From a virus (Duplodnaviria > Caudoviricetes), in the IMG/VR virus record IMGVR_UViG_3300046820_000692, positions 1 to 53,498 of that record: a stretch of DNA of 53,498 bases. The stretch is one strand, 5' to 3'. Below the pieces are notes generated by a model. The model ran no database searches. It worked only from the letters and a program-made list of their open reading frames with translations, and was not told the origin of the DNA. A program made the translations under genes and the position numbers. Positions 31,354 to 40,085 of this stretch are shown here, in pieces; positions within the stretch are counted from its first letter, which is position 1; every line of letters begins with the position of its first letter.

Positions 31354-32247
31354 TTAATAGTATCCTCTTCCGTATGATCCACGGTTCAATTCTTCTCTTG
31401 ACCCTAAGTTTTCGAAGAAGTTTGCATGCCTGTTCAAGTTTGGGATAAGTCTTACCCACTGGTTCATGAACGACTCGTACTTGTCGATGCTTGGGAAGTT
31501 AGCAGCATTTCTTGCTTGAGTGCAATAGAATCTCCATTTGTTATCAGCAAAGTCATACCCAATTCCATTCATAGAAGGAATATACCCCCCTAGCAACATT
31601 TGCTTGTAGATGTACCAAAACATAGCCTCTTTGTAACTAATGTTGTCTGGAACCATTGGGTAACAGTCCTCATCTACTGGAAAAGCTGTATAGCTTAAAC
31701 AGATAAATCCTTCTTGGAAAGAGGTCTTAATGTAATCTCCATCTACAACATAAGTTTCTTTTGACTTAGCAAATTGGTTTGAACATTTATCACAGTGGAT
31801 ATGCCCAGGGAATGTGCTAGTGCCGTATTGAAGTGGAGTTAGTGGTTGAGTAGCATTCATGTAGACATTTTCTACAACTGCTAATCTTGCATTGATTTCA
31901 CGAAGTTGATAGTTGTATCCAATGGCATCATTAGGATTAGCTTCTACAAACTCGTTGAGAGTTTTAACTTCAGCCAATAGCTCAGTGAGTTCGGTAGAAA
32001 CTGATGGATTAGCTGCATTGTTTACAGCAACTTGATTAATAAAGTAAAGATCAGATGGCATTATGGCCTTCCAATCTTTAATTTGAAGAACACAGCCCTT
32101 GGTGCTAAGTTGAGGTGTGGCCCCAATATGCTCAAGTGCTTCTCCAGTCCATTCAATTGCATCATCGATCCAGTTATCTCCAGGAGGTTTTAAATCCCTC
32201 ATAACCTTACGGATGATTGCTTTACTAGATACAAGTTTGTAGATCAT
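31354..32247 (-). CDS. Tail ring / tubular protein
   Basis: 297 aa. DAIEWTGEALEHIG...YIKTSFQEG.I.LSY.AFPVDEDCYPMVPDN.SYKEA..WYI pattern; adjacent to the muzzle gene. Confidence 0.7.
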   Translation of the reverse strand: MIYKLVSSKAIIRKVMRDLKPPGDNWIDDAIEWTGEALEHIGATPQLSTKGCVLQIKDWKAIMPSDLYFINQVAVNNAANPSVSTELTELLAEVKTLNEFVEANPNDAIGYNYQLREINARLAVVENVYMNATQPLTPLQYGTSTFPGHIHCDKCSNQFAKSKETYVVDGDYIKTSFQEGFICLSYTAFPVDEDCYPMVPDNISYKEAMFWYIYKQMLLGGYIPSMNGIGYDFADNKWRFYCTQARNAANFPSIDKYESFMNQWVRLIPNLNRHANFFENLGSREELNRGSYGRGYY

Positions 32248-32729
32248 CGTTTCTTAAATTTCAAATATGCTATATCGTTTGTTTTTAGCAGTGCTATCAA
32301 CTTCTCTTTGTTTCCCTTCTTGCCTCTAGTGGCGTCAAATCTGTAAGCAGACTTGTTCTTCACTTTAGCTTTGTATTTACTCCAATGATATTTACAGTAG
32401 TATTTATCAGTGTAATAAACTTGCCACTTTTCTCCTTCTCCTGTTGCACTATCGTACAACTTTACTCCTTTTTCAAGAAGTTCTTTCTTGTACTTGTTCG
32501 TTTCCAACCAATCAACTGTCAAGTTTCTTGGGTCCCGTTCTACTCTTTTAATCGATAATGTTCCGAGATTACTTTGCATGTTAAACTCATACCCGTCAAG
32601 GAGAGCTTCAACTATTGCTAGGTTAAACTCGGAACATATATCAGAAAACGTGTTGAAACTTATTTCGTCTTCAGTTTCAGTTATGTAGTCTTTATGAACG
32701 GCTTTTAAAGTGTGTGATTTGGCTTGCAT
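32244..32729 (-). CDS. IHF/HU-like DNA-binding protein (crAss-like)
   Basis: 161 aa. FN..IVEALLDGYEF.M...LGTLSI HU/IHF-like pattern; basic C-terminus. Confidence 0.6.
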   Translation of the reverse strand: MQAKSHTLKAVHKDYITETEDEISFNTFSDICSEFNLAIVEALLDGYEFNMQSNLGTLSIKRVERDPRNLTVDWLETNKYKKELLEKGVKLYDSATGEGEKWQVYYTDKYYCKYHWSKYKAKVKNKSAYRFDATRGKKGNKEKLIALLKTNDIAYLKFKKR

Positions 32730-32733
32730 TCAA

Positions 32734-33396
32734 TCAACACTTTTTGCCACCCATCATTTTCTTTTTACCTGCAGCGGCCATAGCTTGGAAACGTGATTTA
32801 CCATATTTCTTACGGCCAGCAGATGCAGCAATAGCTTCAGCAGATTCTTCAGATTTACCTTTGCTTTTTAGTTTACCAACCATAGCAGCAAATCTTCCAC
32901 CACCACCTGGCTCCATTGTTTTCTTCCCACCTTTTTTGTACATCTTTCCACCCATCATCTTTTCTTCTACACCTCTTCCTTTTAGTACATCAGCAAAACT
33001 TGTTTTACCGTCTTTATTAAGATCTGGGAATCCACCTTTTTTATATTTTCCTCCCATCATTTTTTTACCAGCCATAGTAGCTTTACCTTCTGCACGATTT
33101 TGACGAGCATTAGCTTCCATTCCAGTTTCAAGACCTCCCATCATATATTTCATAGGAGCTTTAACACCTGGGGCTTGAAAGTCAATTTCTTTAGACTCTT
33201 CCATGAAAGACTCCCCTTTCATTTTTTTGCCACCTTTCTTATACATTGATTTCATGTTTTCTTCTTTTTTAATTTTAGATTCTTGCTTAAGCATTTCTTT
33301 AGTAGGCTTCTTTCCTGAGCCTTTGTTGGCACGGATGTTATCCCAAAGTCCTCTCTTAGAGTATGAACCGTCTTTTCTTTTAATCAGCTTGCTCAT
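32734..33396 (-). CDS. Small Lys/Met/Gly-rich basic protein with repeated xxGG motifs
   Basis: 220 aa with seven (Y/K)-x-x-GG motifs (YKKGG x3, YMMGG, KMMGG x3); tight overlap and spacing with neighbouring genes. Confidence 0.7.
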   Translation of the reverse strand: MSKLIKRKDGSYSKRGLWDNIRANKGSGKKPTKEMLKQESKIKKEENMKSMYKKGGKKMKGESFMEESKEIDFQAPGVKAPMKYMMGGLETGMEANARQNRAEGKATMAGKKMMGGKYKKGGFPDLNKDGKTSFADVLKGRGVEEKMMGGKMYKKGGKKTMEPGGGGRFAAMVGKLKSKGKSEESAEAIAASAGRKKYGKSRFQAMAAAGKKKMMGGKKC

Positions 33397-33607
33397 CTTC
33401 TTTTGGTTTATTTAGCATGTGTCTTTCTTGACGTGCTTTAAGTGCTCTTTCAACATTGAACCAAATCAGGGTTATACCCCCTACTATTCCTATGATCCAA
33501 GTTATACTGTTTGTGAACATTGCATATGATATTGTAGCCCATGCTACATTTAATCCTGCCCATTCTCCGTATTCGGTTATCTTGTTTGTGTCAATGTTAA
33601 AAGCCAT
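33380..33607 (-). CDS. Small membrane protein, holin-like
   Basis: 75 aa; hydrophobic segments (WAGLNVAWATISYAMF; ITWIIGIVGGITLIWF) and a charged C-terminal tail. Confidence 0.5.
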   Translation of the reverse strand: MAFNIDTNKITEYGEWAGLNVAWATISYAMFTNSITWIIGIVGGITLIWFNVERALKARQERHMLNKPKEDEQAD

Positions 33608-33618
33608 TTTATTAAGTA

Positions 33619-33879
33619 TTACCAGTTACTGCAACTTCCACAGTTCCAGATTCTAAGTGATTTGTTAATTCTTGATTGAGGATCGTTAGCAGTCTTTGAA
33701 CTTGTAAGTTTGGCTTTCATTCCACACATTCTAGAACAGAATGAGTTTCTTCTTTTACCACCTTTAGGCTGAGGAGCCTTTAAGTCTGACCCAGGGTTCT
33801 GACTTTCGTAAGACTTTCTGCCTTTTTCGTTAAGACCCCCTTTTGGATTTTTTCCTGCTTTATTTTGCCAAGCTGCCAT
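33619..33879 (-). CDS. Conserved small basic phage protein (DUF6321-like)
   Basis: MAAWQNKAGKNPKGGLNEKGRKSY...GSDLKAP...RRNSFCSRM.GM...DPQSRINKSLRIWNC; start placed at ATG 33879, 5 nt after a TAnnTTTG box. Confidence 0.7.
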   Translation of the reverse strand: MAAWQNKAGKNPKGGLNEKGRKSYESQNPGSDLKAPQPKGGKRRNSFCSRMCGMKAKLTSSKTANDPQSRINKSLRIWNCGSCSNW

Positions 33880-33884
33880 AGTCA

Positions 33885-33892
33885 CAAAGTTA
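33885..33892 (-). promoter_or_regulatory. Bacteroidota-type -7 promoter box TAACTTTG
   Basis: TAnnTTTG exactly 5 nt upstream of ATG 33879. Confidence 0.6.
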
Positions 33893-33903
33893 GTTAAAAA
33901 TTG

Positions 33904-34602
33904 TTATTCTTTTGAAGATTGTTGTGGAGTTCCTGGAGACAAATCTTGACCACGGTCTAGGACAGTATCTGTAAATGTTCCAGCTAATAATCTAAGTTCT
34001 CCTTGCATCATTCCTTGAGTAATACCTTGAACCATATCCATAGGCATTGGGAAGATATCTGAACCTGAATAGCAAGGCTGTCCTGCACAATCGATGAATT
34101 CTGCAACCTCTTCTGGGTCTTCGAATATTCCACGTACATTCACATAATCAGCACCTTTTGGGTTGAGGACATATAAATAGTCTTCAATCATAAATGCTTT
34201 AGTATTGTTTTTAGTAAACTTCTCAGCTGAGATGTAATTAGCCTCAAAAGGCTTAATCATTTGAATACGGCCTAGTCCAGATACATCTCCTACATATGTA
34301 ATAGCTTCTTCAAAATTAAATCTTACTGTTCTTGGGATTTTCTTTTTGCTACGGTAAGCAGGACAGTTTAAGTTGATATTGCAGCATTTAGAAAGATCTA
34401 CTTTCTCTAATTGTACACACTTTAAGTCTTGTTCTAAATGACGAGTTACTAAGCCATTTCTTGCATAGTCTCTACGTATAAATACAGCACGATAGTGCTT
34501 AACGTTAAATTTGATTTGGCTCAAGGATATTACCTCATCCTGAGAGCTACGTCCACCTCTAAATAGATTTAAAAGGTTAAATGAAATTTCATCTAAAGTC
34601 AT
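33904..34602 (-). CDS. Tail ring protein (crAss-like)
   Basis: 232 aa. MTL.EI...L...GG...D..IS..QI.F....YRA..I...and YLY......Y.NVRG.FEDP pattern. Confidence 0.65.
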   Translation of the reverse strand: MTLDEISFNLLNLFRGGRSSQDEVISLSQIKFNVKHYRAVFIRRDYARNGLVTRHLEQDLKCVQLEKVDLSKCCNINLNCPAYRSKKKIPRTVRFNFEEAITYVGDVSGLGRIQMIKPFEANYISAEKFTKNNTKAFMIEDYLYVLNPKGADYVNVRGIFEDPEEVAEFIDCAGQPCYSGSDIFPMPMDMVQGITQGMMQGELRLLAGTFTDTVLDRGQDLSPGTPQQSSKE

Positions 34603-34613
34603 CTTTCTGTATT

Positions 34614-35774
34614 TTATCTAACATTGCTTTGTAAATATCCTTCAAGTCCTTCGTCGTGATTCCAAATGAATGCCTGAGCTGCCCTGAGTGATCCGTATCC
34701 CATCTTCTTATGCCATTCATCTAATGCACATATTGAGGGCAGGAATCTCACTTTAACACCTCGGTATTCGTTTACCTGTTCTTTGTGGTAATGTCCACAG
34801 TGAGCTTCTCTAAACTCAGTTGTTGCAAACATTTCCGGTTGCTCAGTAGCCATTATTAGTGGCATATCAGCAGGTTTTTCGTTATCTCCGTGGGTAAACA
34901 TTATCATGTTTTTCCCATACTTGTAATACTTTCTAGGCATTGTAGAGTTATCTACAGTTACACTTGGGTCATTTCTGAACCATCCGGCCAGGACATCCCC
35001 AGCATAATACATTCTCTCGTAGTCATGGTTTCCCGATACAACAATAATATCAACGGGAGCCACACTTTTCAAGAAATCTACTGCTCTAACTATTAGAGTC
35101 CAGTATCCTTTAAATGATTCTTTCCATCCTACAGTGTCATGTTGAGGAGTACCCTTTGTTGTAGCCATCTTCATTCCATCTGTATTCATGCCATCGTTTC
35201 CGATTGGGAGAAGAATCTTCTCGATATTTAATCCTCTTCCTTTGTTAACCAAATCCTCGATTGTATCAAGGAATTGTTTCTCCATCTCTTCTAGGGTAAT
35301 ATCTGTTAACTTTCCATAGTGAATATCAGGGAGAGAAATCTCAAGAGTAGACTTTGTTTTGTAGTCAACTCCTCTGCCTTTGGTTATAACTCTAGCTTTA
35401 GGGCTATAACTAGCTGCAAATTCTTCAATGTCTTTTTGAATTTCCTCTGCCGTTCTTTCATTTTTGGTAACTACAGAGAACCGTTGTTCTCCTTTCATAT
35501 TTTGCCAGTATTTAACGGAATTGACCATTGAATGATCAATCCCGTTTTTATCTAAATACTGTTCAAACTCTGTGATAACATTATCAGAATCGTTAGTAAG
35601 TGTTTCAACTTTTACGACCTTTCTGTTAATCTCTCTTTGTTTTGCTCTTACAATCTTTAATGCTGCAGCAGCATCTTGCAAACTAACTTTAAATTTTCTA
35701 GCTACTAAACCAGGTCCTTTCTTTAAGAACCATGGTCTGGCTGTTAATGTCTGAGTTAGTTCTAGAAGTGTCAT
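34614..35774 (-). CDS. Calcineurin-like metallophosphoesterase
   Basis: 386 aa with all five motifs: PDIHYG, GND, GNHD, HGD, GHYH. Confidence 0.85.
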   Translation of the reverse strand: MTLLELTQTLTARPWFLKKGPGLVARKFKVSLQDAAAALKIVRAKQREINRKVVKVETLTNDSDNVITEFEQYLDKNGIDHSMVNSVKYWQNMKGEQRFSVVTKNERTAEEIQKDIEEFAASYSPKARVITKGRGVDYKTKSTLEISLPDIHYGKLTDITLEEMEKQFLDTIEDLVNKGRGLNIEKILLPIGNDGMNTDGMKMATTKGTPQHDTVGWKESFKGYWTLIVRAVDFLKSVAPVDIIVVSGNHDYERMYYAGDVLAGWFRNDPSVTVDNSTMPRKYYKYGKNMIMFTHGDNEKPADMPLIMATEQPEMFATTEFREAHCGHYHKEQVNEYRGVKVRFLPSICALDEWHKKMGYGSLRAAQAFIWNHDEGLEGYLQSNVR

Positions 35775-35971
35775 GCAGTAAGTGTTGCAATTATATCATC
35801 AGCATTTGTTTGTACAACCCCGTTAATTTCTGTATCTCCCCCTACAAATGCATAGCACCCATCACTCATTAGGATGTGCACCATCATTGAATCTATTTTT
35901 TCAAATCCTTGGTAAATAAAGACTTTATCTTTCCAAGTGATTTCACCGTCTACGAATGTTAATACTTGCAT
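35771..35971 (-). CDS. Hypothetical protein
   Basis: 66 aa; overlaps both neighbours (TAATG and ATGA coupling). Confidence 0.6.
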   Translation of the reverse strand: MQVLTFVDGEITWKDKVFIYQGFEKIDSMMVHILMSDGCYAFVGGDTEINGVVQTNADDIIATLTA

Positions 35972-36489
35972 TATTTGTAAATTTTAAAAATTATACCTGA
36001 TCCAATAGTTGAGTCTGCAGTACTTCCATTTTGAACTGCTAAAATGATGTATTGATTTGCTGCCCAATCTATTGCTACAGAAGTTTCAGCTCCTGTAAAG
36101 TTGGTAATATCATCATAGGCATTTCCACCTACTTGCATTAATTTTGTGTTTATAGGTGGTTTTCCTATAAATGCAGTTCTACTTATTTGTACGTACAAAC
36201 TAACTGCAGTAGCAATAGGAGAAGTTCCTATTAAAGTAGCCCCACTTAAACTATCAGTTGTGTTAGCATAAATACGAATCTGTAAAGTTCCAGCAGTTCC
36301 TGTTTTAACAGCTCTAGCAACTATATCTATAGCATTTCCAGTTGCAATATTACCATCAACGGTATTAGCAGGAATTAATACACTTCCAGTTTGCTGATTA
36401 GTGGTTACACCTGTAACAGCAGTAAATCCAGTTACTACAAAAACAGGAGTAACTTTAGTTAAAGGAGCAGAAGAAATTATTGTTCCCAT
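35971..36489 (-). CDS. Putative tail/fibre-associated beta-rich protein
   Basis: About 172 aa from ATG 36489 (ORF-track start 36507 overlaps the upstream gene); Thr/Gly/Ala/Ile-rich. Confidence 0.5.
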   Translation of the reverse strand: MGTIISSAPLTKVTPVFVVTGFTAVTGVTTNQQTGSVLIPANTVDGNIATGNAIDIVARAVKTGTAGTLQIRIYANTTDSLSGATLIGTSPIATAVSLYVQISRTAFIGKPPINTKLMQVGGNAYDDITNFTGAETSVAIDWAANQYIILAVQNGSTADSTIGSGIIFKIYK

Positions 36490-36490
36490 A

Positions 36491-36793
36491 TTACCAAGTG
36501 TAAGCAATTAATAAGATTCCACCAGAGGTATCATAAGCAAAAGTGTTTGATGGAAAACGATTGTCACCTCCTCCTGCATCAAATGCTACTGAAGAACCTG
36601 CAGGTAATCCATAAGTTCCACCATTAACAGTTAATGTTATTTCAGTAATTCCTACATTAGAAAACGATACACTGTTCACTGCAACATCTAATGTTTCATA
36701 ACCGTTATCGTTAATGTTAAGGTACCCTGCTTTTTTAAGTTGATTGTTTAAACCATCGTTTAACAATACTTCGACACCACTATTGTAGCTCAT
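36491..36793 (-). CDS. Putative small structural protein
   Basis: 100 aa, beta-strand-like composition, within the fibre cluster. Confidence 0.5.
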   Translation of the reverse strand: MSYNSGVEVLLNDGLNNQLKKAGYLNINDNGYETLDVAVNSVSFSNVGITEITLTVNGGTYGLPAGSSVAFDAGGGDNRFPSNTFAYDTSGGILLIAYTW

Positions 36794-36794
36794 G

Positions 36795-37229
36795 TTAGTT
36801 AATTATTTTGATTAAAGTTTCTATCTGATCTGCAGATAAGCTTTCAGGGAGAAGTTTTTCATTAATCATCTTGAGTTCTAGAGTTACCTCTTTGTCAAGC
36901 TCAATGTTTACTTCTGCAATCTGTTGCTTACGAGCATTAATTTCATCCATGTGTTCTGCCTCCATTGCTTTCAAACCTTCTTCGTTTTCAGCCTGCATTA
37001 ACTCTTGAGCTTTTCTTGACAACTCAATAAATGCTTCAGTAGGAGCAGCTTTAGCTTCTAAGAAATCAAGTTCTTTTTTAATGACGTCACAATTCTTTAG
37101 GACGATCATTGCATACTTAACTCCTTTTTCTCCACGAGTTTCATGTAATACTTTGTACATTTCTAGAAACTCTCTACGAGTAGCAGTGATGTTCATACCG
37201 TACCCTTCTTCTTTTTTAATCACGTTCAT
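36795..37229 (-). CDS. Hypothetical helical protein, possible fibre assembly chaperone
   Basis: 144 aa, Glu/Lys-rich and helical; directly downstream of the fibre gene. Confidence 0.45.
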   Translation of the reverse strand: MNVIKKEEGYGMNITATRREFLEMYKVLHETRGEKGVKYAMIVLKNCDVIKKELDFLEAKAAPTEAFIELSRKAQELMQAENEEGLKAMEAEHMDEINARKQQIAEVNIELDKEVTLELKMINEKLLPESLSADQIETLIKIIN

Positions 37230-37260
37230 AACTATTTGTTGTTTGGTTTATACTTATTTA

Positions 37261-39018
37261 TTATTCAGCTGTAGCATACACTCTGATCCATGCATCTATA
37301 CCGTTAACTTGAATTTTAATTGCTCCAGTCTTAGCTCCAGTTGATGTAGTTGAACTTGATAGTGAGTTAGCTGAAGCTCCTGTTTGAGTACCTATAAAGT
37401 TAGTAAATGGTTTTGCGGCTGATGAAGCAGTTTGAACTACCAGTCCTCCAATTCCAGAAGTTGCCACTCCTGGTGTAATATTAATATCTCCACCATACCC
37501 TGTAGTAGAAGACCCTCCATTAAGAGTTAAGTCTCCACCATTTTGACTAGGAGACGGTCCTGGAGTCAATATTATATTTCCACCATCTCCAGTACCAGCT
37601 GTATTACCTCCAGCTGTAATATTTATGGGACCTCCATTAAAAGTTCCTCCTGAAGTTCCTGAAAATAAGTTTAGAGTTCCACCACCTGTTGGTGATATTA
37701 CTCCTGATACAGTAATAGCATTTGATGCTCTAACTGTTACACTTCCAGCAGTACTTGAAACAGAGGTTCCTGAGCTTATAGATACATTTCCTCCGGTTCC
37801 TGCTCCATTACTGCCACCTCCCCCTATTGTCACACCCCCACCATTACCCGAAAAAGACGTTGCTCCACTAATAACAACTCCTCCTCCAGTACTTGATGAA
37901 TTTGATGCTCCACCCTGCATTACTAAATTTCCTCCAGATCCAGTTGATGAACTTCCTGCACTAATTGTTACTGTTCCTCCTGATGATGAATTTGAAGCAC
38001 CTGCTAATACTTGAACATTTCCACCTTGGCCTGTATTTGATGTTCCCCCATAAACAAGGGCAGCTCCTCCAGCTCCACTTCCAGTAGCACCTGCTCCAAA
38101 GATTCCTGCATATCCTGCTGCACCAGTTCCTGATGCACTCCCCCCTGTTAATGAAATAAATCCCCCATTAACGTTAGCTACTGAAGCACTAGCTGCAGAA
38201 ATTCCCATAGTACCAGGAGTTGCACTAGAAGCCATTTGAAGCACTTGTGTAATTGACCCATTAAATGTAATACCATTATTGATATTAAGATCAGAGGTAT
38301 AAAAAGCAGTTGGAATAGAACTACCTATAAATACTCTACCTGCAGAATTAATTGCAATACCTTCATTTTCACCATCACCACTTAACCACCCTAAGCCATA
38401 GATATTATATCCAGCTCCGTTTAGGTTTTGAGTAAGAGTTGTTAAGCTTGCAGCAATTGTGATAGATCCTGCACCATTTGTAACTGATACATTAGTCCCT
38501 GCAGTCAATGTTGCAAGTACTGGAGATAAACCTGTACGGCCGATTGGAATCTGACCGTTAGTTGCAGCACCTAATGCTGTTAAAGATGCAGTTCCGTTAC
38601 CAATAAATAAACTATTAGCTAATAAACTTGTCAAACCTGTACCACCACTGGCAACGGGTAATGTACCTGCTACCCCGGATGAAAGGCTAATAGGACCTGT
38701 TAAAAATTGAGATGTCGTGTTGTCACAGTTTGATAAATCTATATTGTTTTCATTAACTTGTAAAACAATATTGTTACTTACAGTTGCTACAGTTAATAAA
38801 GCATCAAAAGACTTAATTCCTTTAAAATTTAAAGTATTCTTATTTGTTATATTTACATATAACAGTTCACTACTTGTCCCTATTGTATTAAAATTTGGAA
38901 ACAAATCTTGAATTAACAGCTTATAGTTAGCTGCTGTTCCGTCTGCTAATGGAAGATAATGAGTAGCTCCTATGCTAGTTTTAGCAATTGCTGTTAATGC
39001 ACTTATAGGTAATGACAT
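37261..39018 (-). CDS. Tail fibre/spike with glycine-rich repeats
   Basis: 585 aa. GTLPVASGGTG fibre motif and roughly 15 GG-x-(V/I/L)-x-(I/L)-x-(A/G/S/P)-G repeats; C-terminal IKIQVNGIDAWIRVY. Confidence 0.75.
   Translation of the reverse strand: MSLPISALTAIAKTSIGATHYLPLADGTAANYKLLIQDLFPNFNTIGTSSELLYVNITNKNTLNFKGIKSFDALLTVATVSNNIVLQVNENNIDLSNCDNTTSQFLTGPISLSSGVAGTLPVASGGTGLTSLLANSLFIGNGTASLTALGAATNGQIPIGRTGLSPVLATLTAGTNVSVTNGAGSITIAASLTTLTQNLNGAGYNIYGLGWLSGDGENEGIAINSAGRVFIGSSIPTAFYTSDLNINNGITFNGSITQVLQMASSATPGTMGISAASASVANVNGGFISLTGGSASGTGAAGYAGIFGAGATGSGAGGAALVYGGTSNTGQGGNVQVLAGASNSSSGGTVTISAGSSSTGSGGNLVMQGGASNSSSTGGGVVISGATSFSGNGGGVTIGGGGSNGAGTGGNVSISSGTSVSSTAGSVTVRASNAITVSGVISPTGGGTLNLFSGTSGGTFNGGPINITAGGNTAGTGDGGNIILTPGPSPSQNGGDLTLNGGSSTTGYGGDINITPGVATSGIGGLVVQTASSAAKPFTNFIGTQTGASANSLSSSTTSTGAKTGAIKIQVNGIDAWIRVYATAE
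37430..38220 (-). repeat. Degenerate ~15-16-residue glycine-rich protein repeat array
   Basis: GGFISLTGG, GGAALVYGG, GGNVQVLAG, GGTVTISAG, GGNLVMQGG, GGNVSISSG, GGPINITAG, GGNIILTPG, GGDLTLNGG, GGDINITPG; boundaries are approximate. Confidence 0.75.
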
Positions 39019-39019
39019 G

Positions 39020-39505
39020 TTATTCTAATTTTATTTTTGAAGAGTCTTCTAGGTAAATAAAGCTTAAATCTTCTAACAACAAGTATGGAGCAGTATCTAC
39101 TACAGGTGTTGTTGCAGTTGAATTTGAGGTAATACAATCTTTACAAAAATTAAGTGTAAAGTAATTTACAAATGTTTGAATGTATGGAACATTGCTTGAT
39201 GGAGTTACAGTACCTGTATACGATACTCCTGGCATTGTAGCCCCATTAAATATACAGTCTAAAGAGGATGTTGCATCTTTTCTGTTTAGAAGATAAAGAA
39301 CTAATTCTAATTTTTTAAGTTCTAGGGTAGAACATTTCATTCCCCCTACAATCTTGTTGTAGAAGCCAGTACCTTTAGTAGCAAGACATAGCCCTAAAGT
39401 GCTCAACATTTGGTCGAACGTTACATTATTTATTCTATTTGGAACGTATGCCATACTTTCTATGCCAAACTCTAAATTATTTCTTTTATCTGGAACATCT
39501 CCCAT
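39020..39505 (-). CDS. Putative tail hub / fibre-attachment protein
   Basis: 161 aa with several Cys; C-terminal YLLLED.S.I.LED; sits between the Cys-rich gene and the fibre gene. Confidence 0.45.
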   Translation of the reverse strand: MGDVPDKRNNLEFGIESMAYVPNRINNVTFDQMLSTLGLCLATKGTGFYNKIVGGMKCSTLELKKLELVLYLLNRKDATSSLDCIFNGATMPGVSYTGTVTPSSNVPYIQTFVNYFTLNFCKDCITSNSTATTPVVDTAPYLLLEDLSFIYLEDSSKIKLE

Positions 39506-39514
39506 ATTCCCTGT

Positions 39515-40009
39515 TTAACATCCACAAGCACAAACTTCTGTACAGAATTCTTTGGCTTTGGTGTATTTATTAATTGCATCAGTTACATTGTCGTTAATTG
39601 CACTATACTTAGCAGATTCTGCTAGTAAGTGAACTTTTTCTGCTCTATGCAGATCCTCATCACAACGATCACAATTACATGTGCAATTAATTGCATCATT
39701 TACTAAATTTGCTATGCAGCAGTCTAGTTCACAGGTTCCTACTGAATATTTTTCAATGCTTACAGATGATCCATTTAGAGAGTCAATTGTAATAACTCCA
39801 GTAAAGGTTTCATTGGCTTGTACAGATGTAATCACCCATTGCCATGTTGTACCACTTGGGTTAGTCAAAGTACCTACAGTATTTGAATTAAAAGTAGTAG
39901 TGGTAATCTCGTTAGTAAAATTAGCAGGGGTTGGTTGCCCTTGAAATACTGCAGTTAATGTTTTGCAGTCAGCAGAGATTGTAACACTGGTAATTGAGGT
40001 AATTGCCAT
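39515..40009 (-). CDS. Cys-rich putative tail hub protein
   Basis: 164 aa; CELDCC...CTCNCDRC...CTEVCACGC at the C-terminus. Confidence 0.5.
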   Translation of the reverse strand: MAITSITSVTISADCKTLTAVFQGQPTPANFTNEITTTTFNSNTVGTLTNPSGTTWQWVITSVQANETFTGVITIDSLNGSSVSIEKYSVGTCELDCCIANLVNDAINCTCNCDRCDEDLHRAEKVHLLAESAKYSAINDNVTDAINKYTKAKEFCTEVCACGC

Positions 40010-40038
40010 TAGAACTTAAATTATATGGTAAAGATAAT

Positions 40039-40070
40039 AAAAAGTAGGGGATTTGACTCCCCCACTTTTT
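40039..40070 (-). terminator. Rho-independent terminator after the auxiliary capsid gene
   Basis: Minus strand AAAAAGTGGGGGA-GTCAAA-TCCCCTACTTTTT, with a G-U-compatible stem and a U tract. Confidence 0.8.
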
Positions 40071-40085
40071 AAATTTAGTTTAAGA

